A DNA stretch of 64,000 bases, taken from NCBI GenBank assembly GCA_964016885.1, contig OZ024743.1, forward strand, positions 281,790,001 through 281,854,000. Direction: 5' to 3'. How positions within the stretch are numbered: position 1 is the first letter of the stretch; each line of letters starts with the position of its first letter. This document shows positions 13,026-27,460 of the stretch, in pieces. The translations under genes and the position numbers were made by a program. This DNA comes from Eledone cirrhosa (taxonomy: Eukaryota). The notes under the pieces were generated by a model that had not been told where the DNA came from, ran no database searches, and saw nothing but the letters and a program-made list of their open reading frames with translations.

Positions 13026-13989
13026 TGATAATGATTAATATTTATGTTAATATTTATGTATGTGTGTTGTGGCACTAAAATGTGTACAGTTAAATATCTA
13101 AATAGAATGGTGATGAACACTTGGCCATCGATGATACTGGATCAGTGCTCTATACACAGTACCTTATCTTCTTGAGCAGACATGTAAAGCTAGACCTCAT
13201 GTCTAGCTTTACATGTCAGCTAGAAATATCAGCCAAAACTCCTTCAAATCAAACTCCAGTGTCTTAAACAAAGAAGGTTACATTAAAGGTCTCTAAAAAA
13301 ATGAAGTGGTCATAACGGGAATATTTTAGATCATAGATTTTCTTGATCAATGTTAACCTTGTCTAAACATCAGCATATTCACTTTTATAAAGTTCACAAT
13401 ATTCCCAAAACATTTAACATAATCATCTGGAGTCATTTTGATCATCTTGATCTTTACTCTAATGAGCCAGGCTTTGCTTGATTTTGTAGTATAATTTTTC
13501 AATTAAATAGAAAGCTTTTAGTTTTTTTTTCTATTATTATTTTATCATTATTTTATTTTCTATTAGAATATTTTCTTGGGCTTGGTTTTTAATTCTAATA
13601 TTTTTTAATGAGATTTTCAAATATTTGAAAATTCTTGTTAGGATTTAGAATAGGATTCATCAAATTTGTTTCTTACTTGGTTGTTTAAATTTTCTTCATC
13701 AACAATTTTTTGAATATTCAAAGTTTGATGCTGAAGTTTTGGTTTTCTTGACACCATAGCAATGGCAGAAAAATCTTGTTCAAATCATTTCCAACTACTT
13801 CAATATGGAAGCAAATATGTTGCAGAAGGTTAGAAAAGAAGATGGATAGAGGAAATATTGGTTAAGCAATATTTCCACTAACAGGGCTGCTTCTTTAAGA
13901 AGGGCTCCTGCTACCTTTTATTAATGATGGAGCTTGATTTATATATATATTTGATGTCTGACCTGTTGACAAATTCCTAACTCCTTTCT

Positions 13990-14555
13990 CTGTGTTGAAT
14001 GTGTGTGTATATATATGTATGTGTGTGTATATATGTATGTGTATATATATATATCTCAGTCGATGTGACCAGATTTCAACACAGCAACAACAACTACAAC
14101 AGCAACTACAACAACAGCAACAACACCATTGTCTGTGTTGAATGTGTGTGTATGTATGTATATATATATGTGCATGCATATATATGTATGTGTATATATC
14201 ACACACGCGAAGCGACCAAATTTCAAAATTTCAACCCAGCGACTACAACAACAGCAACAACAACAACAGCAGCAACAACGCCATTGTCTGCAGCAACAAC
14301 ATCAGTGAAATGAACAACACCAACGGTAGCAGCAACAACAACAACAACGACAACAACGACTGCCACCACCATCACTGACACCATCCACCACCACCACCAC
14401 CATCACCATCACTAAGCACCATCCACCACCACCACAGCCACCACCACCACCATCACCATTACTGACACCATCCACCACCACCACCACCATCACCATCACT
14501 GGCACCATCCACCACCACCACCACCATTACTGATACCATCCACCACCATCACCAG
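13990..14555. repeat. Compound microsatellites (TG/TA, CAA, CAC) including a duplicated tctgtgttgaatgtgtg block
   Basis: Seen directly in the sequence. Confidence 0.85.
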
Positions 14556-14789
14556 CGATCAGGCCTTAAGAAGAAGAAAACTATAATACTAAATAACTTT
14601 TGTTCTTGGCACGGGGCAGCGATTGTCCCAGCGCATTGCTGGTGCCTTGTTTTTAGGCCTGGAGAGTGGAGAGCCGTTGCTCTATGCTGTAAAGCAAACA
14701 ATTATGATTATTATATAAAAACTGAACTGGAAAAGTCAACAGTTGACATGATTTTGTATCAGTACTGACGGTAATATATGTATGTGTGT

Positions 14790-15003
14790 ATGTGTGTGAG
14801 TGGCGTGTGTGTGTTTGTATGCATGAGTGTTGGTGTGTGAGTGGCATGAGTGTTTGTATGCATGAGTGTTGGTGTGTGAGTGGCATGTGTGTTTGTATGC
14901 ATGAGTGTTGGTGTGTGAGTGGCGTGTGTGTTTGTATGCATGAGTGTTGGTGTGTGAGTGGCATGTGTGTTTGTATGCATGAGTGTTGGTGTGTGTGTGT
15001 GTG
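14790..15003. repeat. 39-bp minisatellite, about 5 copies
   Basis: Unit gtgtttgtatgcatgagtgttggtgtgtgagtggcatgt; the ORF track shows a 13-aa period. Confidence 0.9.
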
Positions 15004-15059
15004 CCGTGGGTGTCAATAAGTGGTATTTTTTTTTTTTTAATGACCATGATGCTATAAAA

Positions 15060-18000
15060 TGGAGGGGTAGAGAGGGCCCATGAGTCCAGTAAGACAACCT
15101 CTCTAGTGCTGGTGGCACAAATAAAAGCACCCAGTCCATGCTGTAAGGTGGCACTGGTGTTAGGAAGGGCATCCAACCAGTGTATCAATGCCAAAACAAT
15201 TATAAGCACAGCAACAAGTATATAGGAACAACAAAAATATGAAGATGTCGCATCTCAGAGTTGCAACACTTAATGTTGGCACTCTCACAGGTAGATCTGC
15301 TGAAATAGCGGAGATACTGGAGAGAAGGGATGTGGATGTGTGCTGCGTGCAAGAGGTGAGATGGAGAGGTGCCTCAGTGAGACTAGTTGCAGGCAAACAT
15401 CTTAGCTGTAAGCTTTTATGGGTAGGTAAGGATGATGGGTTAGGGGGAGTAGGCATTTTCCTTGCTGAGAGATGGATCAATAAGACAATAGAGGTAGTTA
15501 GAGTTAATAATCGAATAATTAAGCTTAGATTAGTTGTAGGCAGGAGACTACTGACAATCATCTCTGTCTATGCTCCCCAAGCAGGCCTAGGCAAAGAAGA
15601 GAAAGACTGCTTTTACGAGCAACTTTTACAAACAACCGCAATGACAGAGGACGGAGACATTGTTAAGCTAGCAGGGGACTTCAATGGTCATGTTGGACAG
15701 CTCCAGGATGGTTACACTGGGGTACATGGTGGGCACGGTTATGGCTCAAGAAATGAAGGAGTGAGACTTCTTGAATTTTGTGATGCAAGTACACTGACTA
15801 TTTGCAACACTAACTTCCAGAAACCTGCCAACCACCTAATAAACTACAAATCAGGCGAGCGCATAAGCCAAATTGACTTCTTACTAGTTAGGCAGCGGGA
15901 CAGGCAGATGGTGTCAAATACCAAGGCATACCCTGGGGAAGAATGTACCCCACAGCATTGGTTAATCGTTAGTGATATCTCAGTAAGCAAGAGATGGAAT
16001 GAGACATACAGGAAGGTGTGGAGAAGAAAGGTCTGGAAGCTAAAAGACCTTTCACTAAAATACAAATTTAGGAAAGCCCTTCAAGATGTGTATGACGAAA
16101 AAGAAGACGATTTAAAGACGTATGACATAGATAATAACTGGAATTTCTTACATGACAACTTACTACAGGCTACTGATGAAACTTGTGGCTGGAGCAGAGC
16201 TCCAACCGGACAGAGAATGACCTGGTGGTGGAACAGCACAGTAGATAAGGCCATTAAAGACAAAAGACTAGCATGGAAGGCTTGGAAAAAGGGTGGGATT
16301 AGAGAAGGATATACAGCCACTAAGAGAGAAGCTAGACGTCAGGTGTACTTAGCACGCAGGAAGGCTGAGAGTAGGAGGTTTGCCAATGTTCTGCAACGGG
16401 AAGATCAGAGGTGTGCGGTGTTCCACATTGCAAGGCAGTGTGTCAATGCAAATCAGGATGTTGTTGGAGAAATGTGTCTGGAATGATGCCGGTGTACTTA
16501 GTGTGATGAATGATCAGAAAAAGGAGGCCTGGAAATGTTATTATGAGAGACTGATGAATGTGGAGAAAGAATGGGAGAGAGAGAAATTACCCTCAGTAGA
16601 TCCGACAGAGGGACCAGCTATTGAGATTGACGAATATAGGGTCCAAGAGGCGATTAAGGAAATGAAAAATGGTAAGGCTGCTGGACCGTCGAGGATAGTT
16701 GCTGAGATGCTGAAGGCATCAGGGGATGTAGGCACTAAACTGGTTGCACGCATCATCAATCAGGCTATATATGGTGGTGTCATACCGAAAGACTGGTGCA
16801 GCAGGTAAAGTGCATGCTCTGGAGAGGAGCAATTATAGGGGTATAAAACTGATGGATCAGGTTATGAAAGTGGCAGAAAGGATATTGGCACAACTAATTA
16901 GAGAAAGGGTCAAACTAGATGAGATGCAGTTTGGTTGTGCTTGGAAAAAGTACAACAGATGCCCTCTTCTTGGTGAGACAATTACAAGAGAGGTTCTTAG
17001 AGAAGAATAAGCCACTATACTTTGCCTTTGTTGACCTAGAGAAGGCCTTTGATAGGGTACCCTGATCTGTCATCTGGTGGTCCCTAAGGAAACTAGGTAT
17101 AGAGGAATGGCTTGTGAGGACAGTGCAAGCTATGTACAGGAGTGCTGTCAGTAAAGTGAGAGTAGGAATGGCATTTAGTGAGGAATTCCAGATACAAGTA
17201 GGAGTATATCAAGGTTCGGTCCTCAGCCCGCTCTTGTTCATTATAGTCCTCGAAGCCATAACAGAGGAGTTTAAGACTGGCTGTCCATGGGAACTTCTCT
17301 ATGCTGACAATCTGATTCTTATAGCAGAATCAGTAGAGGAGCTAGAGAATAAATTCTGGTTATGGAAACAGCAGTTGGAAGCAAGAGGACTGAGAGTGAA
17401 CCAGGCTAAGACAAAAGTGTTGATGAGTAGAAAAGAGGACAAAACTCTGATTCTGTCAGGGAAATGGCCATGTTCAATATGCAGAAAAGGAACTGGCATA
17501 AATTCTATAAAATGCACACAATGCAGATCCTGGGTACACAAGAGATGTAGTGGGATTGCAGGCAAACTAACAGGTAGGGAGAAATACGTATGCAGTAGAT
17601 GTACAGGGAAATTAGACAGTAGAAGTCGCATTGATAGACACATTTTTCAAATGCAGGTGGGTGCTATAGAAGTGGGTGATAGCTTCCGGTACCTAGGAGA
17701 TCAGATTAGCATGGGAGGGGGGGGGGGGGTCCCGAGGCCATAGTATCTAGAATAAGGACGGGTTGGAAGAAGTTTAGGGAGCTGCTTCCTCTGCTGACGA
17801 AGAAGGGTTTCTCCCTGCGTATGAAAGGCCGGTTATATGATGCCTGTGTGAGGAGCGCGATGCTGCATGATAGTGAGACATGCGCAGCAACTGCAGAGGA
17901 TATGCGATGGCTGGAGAGAAATGAGGCAAGCATGCTCCATTGAATGTGCAATGTCAATGTGTGTGAACGACCCAGCATGAATGTGTTGAGAAAGAAACTG

Positions 18001-18298
18001 TCTGAGAGGGATAGAATGTAGTGTGCGAGAGAGGAGACTGAGGTGGTATGGACATGTGATGCACATGGAGGATGACCGATGGGTGAAGAAGTGCCAGGAA
18101 ATGCTAGTTGAAAGAAGACATGATAGAGGTAGACCACGAAAAACATGGGAGGAGGTGGTGAGAACAGACCTCAGATCGCTGAAGCTCACGGTGGAGATGA
18201 CGAAAGACCGTGACAAGTGGAGAGATGCTGTGCTAAATAAGACCCGTCCCATCCTTGCAAGCAGGGAAAAGCGGACGTAAAATGATGATGATGATGAT
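15060..18298 (+). mobile_element. Near full-length RTE-clade LINE (APE endonuclease, RT, PHD-like finger), frameshifted
   Basis: ORF from 15239 with TLNVGTL, CVQEVRW, SVYAPQ and AGDFN. RT motifs include DLEKAFD, QGSVLSP and YADN. The RTE C-terminus has RLRWYGHV and GRPRKTW, then a (GAT)n tail. Confidence 0.95.
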
Positions 18299-18441
18299 AT
18301 GTGTGTGAATGTGTGGTTATATGTTTGTGTGTGTACAGAATGAGTGTTCTTTTACTACCTCCATTATTTGACCTCACGACCTGGTAGTAGGCTGATGGAT
18401 TTGAAGAAATTCAAAACTTTTCTTTCCTATTCAGTCTCTGC

Positions 18442-18511
<70 letters not shown>

Positions 18512-18985
18512 TGTTTGTATGTATATACATGCATACATACATACATGTGTGTGTGTGCATGTGCATGCTGTTATATGAGGGCGCCCACCAAACCTGAATT
18601 GCCCTGGGCTGCCCAAGGACTAAATCTGATCCTGATGCCAGTGGAGCAATAGATAAATGTTATACTAATGAGATCATGCAGATCAACATTCCAGAAATGT
18701 ACCATCCTGAACAAGACAGAGGTATAGAATATCAATATATTTTAGATATGCAGACCATTACCAAATGTTTGTTTAGCTATCTACATGATATAGATCTTAT
18801 TCAGAAGAGTTGATTGGGAATACTCAGCAATAAGAACAATAACTATAGTTAAATGAGTCTATCCCTCAGTATAGGAAAGTCATAGTTGATCTACTGCAAA
18901 CAGCTTGCCTAAATATAAAAATATTGGTTTCAACACACGATTTCACATCAAGAATCTTGCAAAACAAATAAACGTATATATCTAA

Positions 18986-19034
<49 letters not shown>

Positions 19035-19081
19035 TCTATCACTCCTAATATATATATATATATATATACATACATACATAC

Positions 19082-21962
19082 AAAAACAAAAACAAAACAC
19101 TAAATATGAACGTTTAAAATACAGTTGTAGAATTAAAAACAAGCTGAAAGGAAATATTACCCAAGCTGTGAACAACTTTAAATTTAATTCTGACAAAACT
19201 TTGTCGAAACTTTTAAAGAAGATCATCGTGTATTTTGAAAAATAAATGCTAAATATTAGTGAATAGACGAACTCATCATGGCAAAACGTATAAGTCTCCT
19301 TCGACCAAATCTCAACTACAACCATTGTATACAATGGAGCTATGATCTCGACAAAGATTTATATGAAGCATACAAACAATCAGACCCCCAAAAGTTTAGT
19401 TTTTATGCAGAGGCTAAAAACTTTGTGGAACTCCAAACACCCAGAATTAGACTTTTCCCCAAAACATTTAAATGAACAAGCAAAACGTATCATTAGATGT
19501 AAATTGATACATTTAACAGAACTGAGTGACACTATTGAAGGTAATCACTCCACTTCCATTGACAGACAGAGAGAATCGTCAGCTAAATCTAGCAGTAAAC
19601 AGCTCACCAACACTGTAGCTGAAATCTATCCCACTTCCACTGATGAACAAAGAGAAGGATCAGCTGAATCTAGCAGTAAACAGCACACCAACGATGTAGC
19701 TGAAATCCATAACTCTACTGTACAAAAGAACACCAAAAACTTGTGCACACATTACAAGTGATATGGGATGATATGTTTCAAGAGATACACAGCCTTAATG
19801 TGAGTAACAGACCATACAACACCAGAATCAGTAAACAACCCACTAAATTGGAATTGGAAGCAGTGAACGAAATAGCTGACAATTATTTGAAGGCCACACG
19901 ATCCAAAGGTGTGGAAACGACATATGAATTGCTTAATATATTTTTATATGTTTCAGCTATCACATTGCTATCCTATCATAAACAACTAAAACCTCACAAC
20001 CAAGATACAAACAGAAAGCCTGAACCAACGTGGATGCATAATTTAAAAAACAAAATTTTGCCCCTGAGACAAAGTATCGCACAATCACTGTAGTTATAAA
20101 ATGCAACATAGAGAGCAACTTCACACGACATCAGGAAGATGTAAGAAAAAAACTAGAGAGGCAATTTGGAGATATAAGATTTAAAACTCTAAACTCCAAA
20201 CTACACCAGTTGAAACAACAACTCACAGCTGCAGCAGAAAGATTAAAATATAAGTCAACAACACATAAACAGCAAGTGCTAAATAGATTATTTGCCAGAG
20301 ATCCTAAATCAGTTTATTGCAGCTTCAATGGAAAAAGCTCAATCTCTGTAAATGACACCCCTACAATAGAATAGGTTGAGAGCTACTGGAGATCTATATG
20401 GGAAACAAATGACGGATTGAGCAAACAAACTAGATTGCTAAAATAACTGGAACAGGAATACTGCCAACATGTCCAGACAAAACAATATGACATAGATGGG
20501 TCAATACTGGAAACAGCTCAGCAGAAAATGTTGAATAGGAAATCACCAGGCCCAGACATAACAGGATACTGGCTGAAGAATTTCACCTTCTATCGGCAAG
20601 ATCTCATACAGCTGTTTAGAGAAACTTTAACATCAATGGTGATGTGGATAGGCTATACTTCTCATGCAAGGAAGGTGGTCGGGGTCTAAAATCCATATTA
20701 ACATCATACGAGACCTGAATAGTAACACTGAAGCAACATCTTCAGCAGAAGAAAAAGGTCAGCAACCATCTTGCCCAGGTCTATGAACATGACGGAAATA
20801 ATTGTTTCTACTATTGGCACAAGGCCAGCAATTACCCAGTAGATTACTGGTACTTTATTTTATCGACCCCGTAAGGATGAAAGGCAAAATTAACCTCGGC
20901 GGGATTTGAACTCAGAATAGCAAGGGCCATAACTCTATGCGTCAAAGCATGGTGTCCGACCCTCTACCGATACTGCCAATTCACCACTCTTGAAGGAAAT
21001 GAAGGAAATAATATCATTAGAATAGCCACTGATCTGGAGGAGAGATATGGAATAAGGCCTAATATAGATCTCTCTCCCAGGGTAATTGGAAGATCCAATT
21101 CAATGTTTGAACAGGATAAAAAAATGGACCAATTTACAGAGAAAGTTGTGCATGGAAGACGAAAAACACAGACCATGGAGGGGATAAATCATCCAAAAAG
21201 CCTGGCATGGAGTTCCAACAAGTTTATGTCATCCCAGCTTGAAGGATATCTCTATGCAATATAGGAACAAGAAATCCCTACCAAATATCTGCTACACAAA
21301 AGAGGAGGGGGGGCATCAGTTGACAATAAATGTAGGCTTTGTAAAACAAAGATCGAAGATGTTAGCCACATTGTTGTCAACTGTGAAAGAATGTCGTCTC
21401 GCTACTACCTCCCTATGAGACACGATGAGATAGACCATCTGGAGCACACTTATGAAAACAAAATTAAAAACAAATGAGGAGGAATATATTGAGACAGATG
21501 GCACTAAAGAATACTGGTGGAACCTGAAAATAAAAACTGCCACCAAATTAAAACACAACTGGCCTGATATTGTTGTTTGGGACCACACATTGAAAACGTG
21601 CTCTGTTGTAGAGATCAGCTGCCCACTTGATGTCAACGTTGTAAGAAAAATACAAGAGAAGTAGGATATCTACGGACCATTGATGAGGAGTTTGCAGATC
21701 CAGTATCCAAGATACACCTTCAGCTTCAAACCCATCATTATTGGAGCTACAGGTTATATACCAAACGCTTGGACCAAAGTATAACTGAACTTCAATTTGT
21801 GGACAAAGGACGCAGCTACCTAATTCATAGACTACAAATGGCTGCAATAGCTTCAAAATTTGCAAAACATTCTTGTGATTCAAGGGATGACAATTTCCTT
21901 TCTTTTACAACCTTGCCACCAGGAAGGTGGCCGGTCAAAAATGTACTTGAAATTAAGAGAAA
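19082..21962 (+). mobile_element. Decayed R4/Dong-like RLE LINE with internal RT deletion, flanked by (CATA)n
   Basis: N-terminal region, KSPGPD, then a jump to DVDRLY..GGRGL, a CCHC finger (CRLC..H..C), RHD and KHNWPDIVVWD..EISCP. catacatacataca lies on both sides. Confidence 0.85.
20800..20991 (-). mobile_element. ATT-SINE subtype B inserted in the R4-like element
   Basis: Full SINE with an approximate TSD ga(c/a)ggaaataat. Confidence 0.9.
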
Positions 21963-22041
21963 CATACATACATACATACATGATGGATGACCCCTCGTTA
22001 TCGAGTATGGCCATTGCACTATATACGATTATTAATAATTA

Positions 22042-22331
22042 CTAGCAGAAAAACCACCCTTCGATTGGCAGTATCGGTAGAGGGTCGGACGCCATGCTTT
22101 CCAGCATAGTTACGTCCCTTTACGATCTGAGTTCAAATCCCGCCGAGGTTGACTTTGCTTTTCATCCTTACGGGGTCGATAAAATAAAGTACCAGTAATG
22201 CACTGGGTAATTGCTGGCCTTGTGCCTAAAGTAGAAACAATTATTTATTCAAAGTAATCTTATTTTACTAATGGGATAAAAAATTATAAACCGTACGCAA
22301 TCCCGCGCTTCTTACTTTATTATAGTTTAGA
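22042..22331 (-). mobile_element. Internally deleted Helitron-like element containing a plus-strand ATT-SINE subtype A (22062-22243)
   Basis: Both ends match 31341-32007 (A|TC...CTAG|T). Confidence 0.75.
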
Positions 22332-22399
22332 TCAATTAATTCTATCGTGCAATGCCTGTGCGTAAAGATATTTTTTAAAGTGAGGAAAGACTGTGCACT

Positions 22400-22878
22400 G
22401 AGCCAATCCCACTCTCTGAGCGACAGTAGCTATAACCCGAAAAGAAGAAAAGATCAACATCATCGGTAACTACTGAGCAGCAGGTTTTATATCGGAGTTA
22501 TCCCAGTTTCCCGAGTTGCCTTCTCCTAGAAGAATGCCCTGACAAAGGCTAGAGGTCCTTTACTCCCAGTGGTTTAACCGTGCGATCGGGTATCCAGTCC
22601 ACTATTTCTATGTCCCCGCGCATAAACATACACATTCACCCATATATATACACATATACATATACATACATATGTACATGTGTATATACATATTTACACA
22701 CTTTTGAGTTCTTCCGCCTTTTGTCAGGCTTTGTTTTTTATCCTGCAGGGTGTCCAAAATCACCCTCCTCACCAAGTAAGCTTGGTGGGGTTGCCGGTTT
22801 AGTCGCCGATGACCCGACCATGCTACAGGTTGTACTGGGTTACATGTTACCAGTAGCACTCAAGAGTGATCCGACATA
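22400..22878 (-). mobile_element. Probable RTE-type 5'UTR fragments
   Basis: gagttgccttctcctag...aaggctagag motif, with degenerate relatives at 56390-56690, and GC-rich hairpins. Confidence 0.4.
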
Positions 22879-22906
22879 ATATACATACAATCATACATAC
22901 ATACAA

Positions 22907-24668
22907 ACTACACCCGATTAAGAAAGATATGGTCATCGGAACTCACTGTACAAAACAAAACAGTGGCTCACAATGTGTTTGCTGTGCTTGTCCTAATACC
23001 AACGTTTGGAATACTCAATTGGACGATAGACAAAATCTGAGCAGTTGATATTAGAACTCGAAAAATACAACACCAGAAACTTCCCCATCAACAGTGACAT
23101 AGACTGCCTTTACTTGAAACGTAAGCAGGGAGGCAGAGGCCTAACATCAGTCCAGACAGCATTTGAATGTCGCATCATATCCCTCCGACAACATCTACAA
23201 ACCTCGAAGCGTAGGAGCCCGTCTCTCGAGCAAGTCTATCTGCATGAAACAGATGAGATCATGAGAGTTTGGAAAGAACTCCTCGAGAGATATTCCCTGT
23301 GTGATAATCAAAAACTCACACCAGTCGCTCAGCAGTATCGCAGTGAATCCATGGATGAAAAACTGCATGCTTATCAGCAAAAAATCATGCATGGATATGT
23401 TGCCAGGAAGCTCCAGAGTGAGTGTAATATAGATAAGGAAAATAGTCTATCTTGGACTAACAACAGTTATATTGGCTCCCACTTTGAAGGATACACTTTT
23501 GCAATCCAGGAACAGGAGATTAGCACGAAATACCTGATTCACAAAAGAGATAGGGATGCAGGCAAAACACCTAGATGTGATAACAAGTGCAGACTCTGGA
23601 GAATTAACATTGAAGATGTCACCCATGTCATCAGCAGCTGCTCAAAGATGTCATCGCGGTACTATCTACTATGAGACATGATGTAGTGGCCAAAACACTG
23701 TACAATGCAATCCGTAGAAAAGATAGCCCCGATAATAAACACATTAAAAGCTACAGCAATGTGGAAGACATACATACACATAATATGAAAGAGTACTGGT
23801 GGAATGTTCCAGTAAAAACCCCAATAAAATGCAGGCATAACAGACCAGATATTATGATATGGGACAGGGTAAAGAAAGCATGCACAATAGTGGAAGTTAG
23901 CTGCCCAGCAGATGCCAATATAATATCAAAGATTAGCGAAAAGGAGAATATTTATGCAGAACTGATGAGAAATCTGCAGATACTCCACCCTGATTACACC
24001 TTCAGATTTATGCCTGTGATTATTGGGGCACTGGGATATGTTAGTAACTGCCTCAATACAAATCTTGAGCAGCTAGGCTTCACAGGAACAGAAAGAACAG
24101 AACTAGTTAGGAAATTACAAGTACAATCGTGTAGGTGTCACGACAAAAAAACACACAGTCCACGCTGTAATGTAGCCGTGTAGGTGACACGATAAAAAGG
24201 TCCCAGTTCCACACTGTAAATGTGGTTGGTGTTAGGAAGGGCATCCAGCCATAGAAAACTTGCCAAATAGTCCTATATGATCGAGACACGGTCACCCGAC
24301 CAACCTTGCCTCAAGTGGGACAACTCCCGTCTAACCCATGCTAACGTGGAAGATGGACGTTAAATGAAGGTGATGATGATGAATCCATTAATGGAACAGT
24401 AAAAATATGTAAAACATTCCAAAAATTTTGCATCTAATAACTGCATATACACATGTACAGATACAAAGCATATACATATGCACACATACAACTCAAAACA
24501 TACACATCCACACATACAATAACATCCATATCTACACATGCATGCATACATACATATCTACCTAGTTGATGTTGTGTAAATTCCAATGAGAGAGGCTTGT
24601 GTCTATGTTAGAAACCAACTCTCTCTCTCTATTGGTAAACATTTGTGAAATTATAAAACCAGAATAAC
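22907..24668 (+). mobile_element. 5'-truncated R4/Dong-like LINE flanked by (CATA)n, interrupted at 24129-24380 by an RTE 3' fragment
   Basis: GGRGL, AIQEQEI, RHD and HNRPDIMIWD..VEVSCP motifs. Near-identical to 28395-29890. catacatacatacaaa lies on both sides. Confidence 0.92.
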
Positions 24669-24904
24669 ATACATACATACAAAAAAAACTGTATCATTGA
24701 GTAATTCACAGACTAAAGGTAGGCGGTAAATTGGTATTAGAGCATTGGATAAAATAATTTACGGTATTTCTTCCAGTTTTCTGTTTCAGTGCTCTGAGTT
24801 CAAATCCTGCTGTAGTTAATATTGCCTTTCTTTCCATCGGACTGATAAATAAAGGCCCAGCTGAGTACCTGGCTCTATTTTCTCTGTTTTCTTCTCTCAT
24901 ATAT

Positions 24905-25089
24905 CCGACCAGAATTTCCTCATCTCTTTCTGCTCAAACCAGCATAATCGACCGCTCATACTGACGTTAAGGTATTGTTCTCAAGATAAATAATATCAAA
25001 ATCTCATATATTCGATATTATGTGAAGTAAAACATTTACTGTGAAAATATAATAGTAAATATAGAATAATGTAAATGCTAAAGGGTTAA
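24905..25089. mobile_element. TTAA-type MITE end
   Basis: Homologous to 1840-2010; ends aatgctaaagggttaa. Confidence 0.55.
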
Positions 25090-26129
25090 ACTTGGAAGAA
25101 ATTGGCTAAAAGGTGGCTTTCTTGTAACTTCAGGAATTGAAGACCCCCCAAAAAAGAAAGAATACTAGTTATGTAGCAGAGAAGACTCCAATGTTCTGTT
25201 CAGTAATGTCTTCCCAAATGAGATTAGTTTCATGATTTTAGTTGTAGGAAGATTAAAGTTTAATTCAACAAGCTATGTTGTTGGTGTTGCTGTTGATGAT
25301 AATGATGATGATGATTATGATGATGATGAGGATGATGATGATGAGGATTATGATGATGATGAGGATGATGACCATGGTGATGGTAATAGGAAATGTTGTT
25401 GATGCTGATGTTAATGAAGATGATGATGATGACGATGATGATCTATCATCATCATCATCCTCATCATCATCCATATCATCCATATCATCATGATCATTAT
25501 GATGAGAATAATGAGAATTTATTTCATTAAAAGTATTTTTGAGGTGAGTTGTTCACAAAAGTAAACTTTTAATTCAATCTTATTTTCAGTGTTTGTTTTT
25601 CATATTAAAAAAAATGAATTTAATAAGAATTTTCAGTATTTTTGTATTTGTTTTTTTTTACGTGTTTGTAATGTTACTATTTTTTTTTAAATCTTTTTAT
25701 ATCATTTATTAAAATTTCTTCAAAAACAATTGTCCAACCTCCAAATTTTAACTTTTGCGTTGAAATATTTTTAGCGATTTAATAAACAAACAAATGCAAT
25801 ATAATTACTAAAATTAAAATTTTACCTTCGTTATTATTTTCATTTAATTTAGCCACACCTATTTTTAGTGTTTTGCTTTTATATATTTTTTTCTGAATAT
25901 ATATTTTTTTTCAATCATTTTTATTGTTATTGCTGTTATTGATATTTACATAGAAAATTTTCTTCAATAATATGTATAACAAACATACATACACAGTATA
26001 CAAAAAATATGTTACTTTTACATACATAAGCTCATACATACAAACAGACACACATACACGTATATAATCATCATTACCATCATTCCTGTTTTACATCTGT
26101 TATTCTAAGCTTGCATGGATATATATATA

Positions 26130-27099
26130 TAGCCACTAAAGGGTTCTCCCTAAAAATGAAAGGCAGGTTGTATGATGCCTGCATACGAACAGCAATGTTG
26201 CATGACAGTGAGACCTGGGCATTGTGTGCAGAGGATATACGCAGACTAGAGAGGAACGAAGCTTGCATGCTCCGCTGGATGTGTAATAGTAACATACGTG
26301 AACGACAAAGCATAAGCGAACTAAGGAAAAAATTAGAAATAAGAGGGATCAGATGTTGTTTACTCGAGAGAAGGTTACGTTGGTATGGTCACGTGATGCG
26401 CATGAAAGACGACAGCTGTATAACAAAGTGCAGGGCAATAAAGATAGACGGTAGCTACGGAGTAGGCAGACCCAGAAAAACCTGGGACGAGCTGATAAAT
26501 TCCGACCTCACACACTTACACCTCTCCAAGACAATGTCACTGGACCGAGACCTTTGGCGGTACTCAGTAATAGAGAAGAGCCGCCTTACCTAAATACAAA
26601 GTAAAACCTACTACAGTCAGTAGGCATCTCTAACAAAATACACCCCGTCCCACCACCCCCACCCCATCCACACCGCCCCTTTCAATGTAAAGTTATGTTG
26701 GTGCCACAACATCCAGGCCGAAACAAATGAGATCGTGTAGGTGTCACGACAAAAAAAACACACAGTCCACGCTGTAATGTGGCCGTGTAGGCAACACGGT
26801 AAAAACCTCCCAGCCCCACACTGTAAATGTGGTTGGTGTTAGGAAGGGCATCCAGCTGTAGAAAACCCGCCGGACAGTCCACGCTGTAATGTGGCCGTGT
26901 AGGCAACACGGTAAAAACCTCCCAGCCCCACACTGTAAATGTGGTTGGTGTTAGGAAGGGCATCCAGCTGTAGAAAACCCGCCAGACAGTCCTATGCGAG
27001 CAAGACAATCACTCTTGCCTCAAGTGGGAAAACCCCCATCCAAACCCATGCAAGCGTGGAACACGGACGTTAAACGATGATGATGATGATGATGATGAT
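26130..27099 (+). mobile_element. 5'-truncated RTE LINE with long repeat-containing 3'UTR
   Basis: KGRLYDACIR, RRLRWYGHV and GRPRKTW. The 3'UTR carries a 112-bp duplication and ends in (GAT)n. Confidence 0.92.
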
Positions 27100-27360
27100 A
27101 TATCATCATCATCATCATCACCATTTTACGTCCGTTCTTCCACGCTAACTTGGGTTAGACGGGTTGTCCTGTTGTGAGCAGTGTCCAGTCGGCTGACCTT
27201 GTCTTGCTCATACAGGAACTGATTCTGGCTTGATTTCTATAGCTGGATGCCCTTCCTAACACCAACCTCATTTACAGTGAGTGCTGGGTGCTTTTTCCCG
27301 TGGCGCCTACACGTCCACTTTACAGTGTGGGCTGGGTGCTTTTTGCCGTGGCACCTCCAC
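27100..27360 (-). mobile_element. RTE 3'UTR fragment, tail-to-tail with the previous element
   Basis: Reverse complement matches 59600-59858. Confidence 0.85.
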
Positions 27361-27460
27361 ATATATACATGTATATAATTTTACAATCCAAAAATGACAT
27401 CTGTAGATATATACATGCATGTGTGTGTATGTGTGCATACATACACACACACAGACACAT

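Noticed and set aside
13895-15209. Several 70-157 aa ORFs
   Set aside because: They are translations of micro- and minisatellites.
19550-19710. 81-bp in-frame repeat in the R4-like N-terminus
   Set aside because: Ordinary linker duplication in a dead element.
22720-22878. HDV-like ribozyme in a GC-rich structured segment
   Set aside because: No consistent P1/P3/P1.1/P2 arrangement could be built on either strand.
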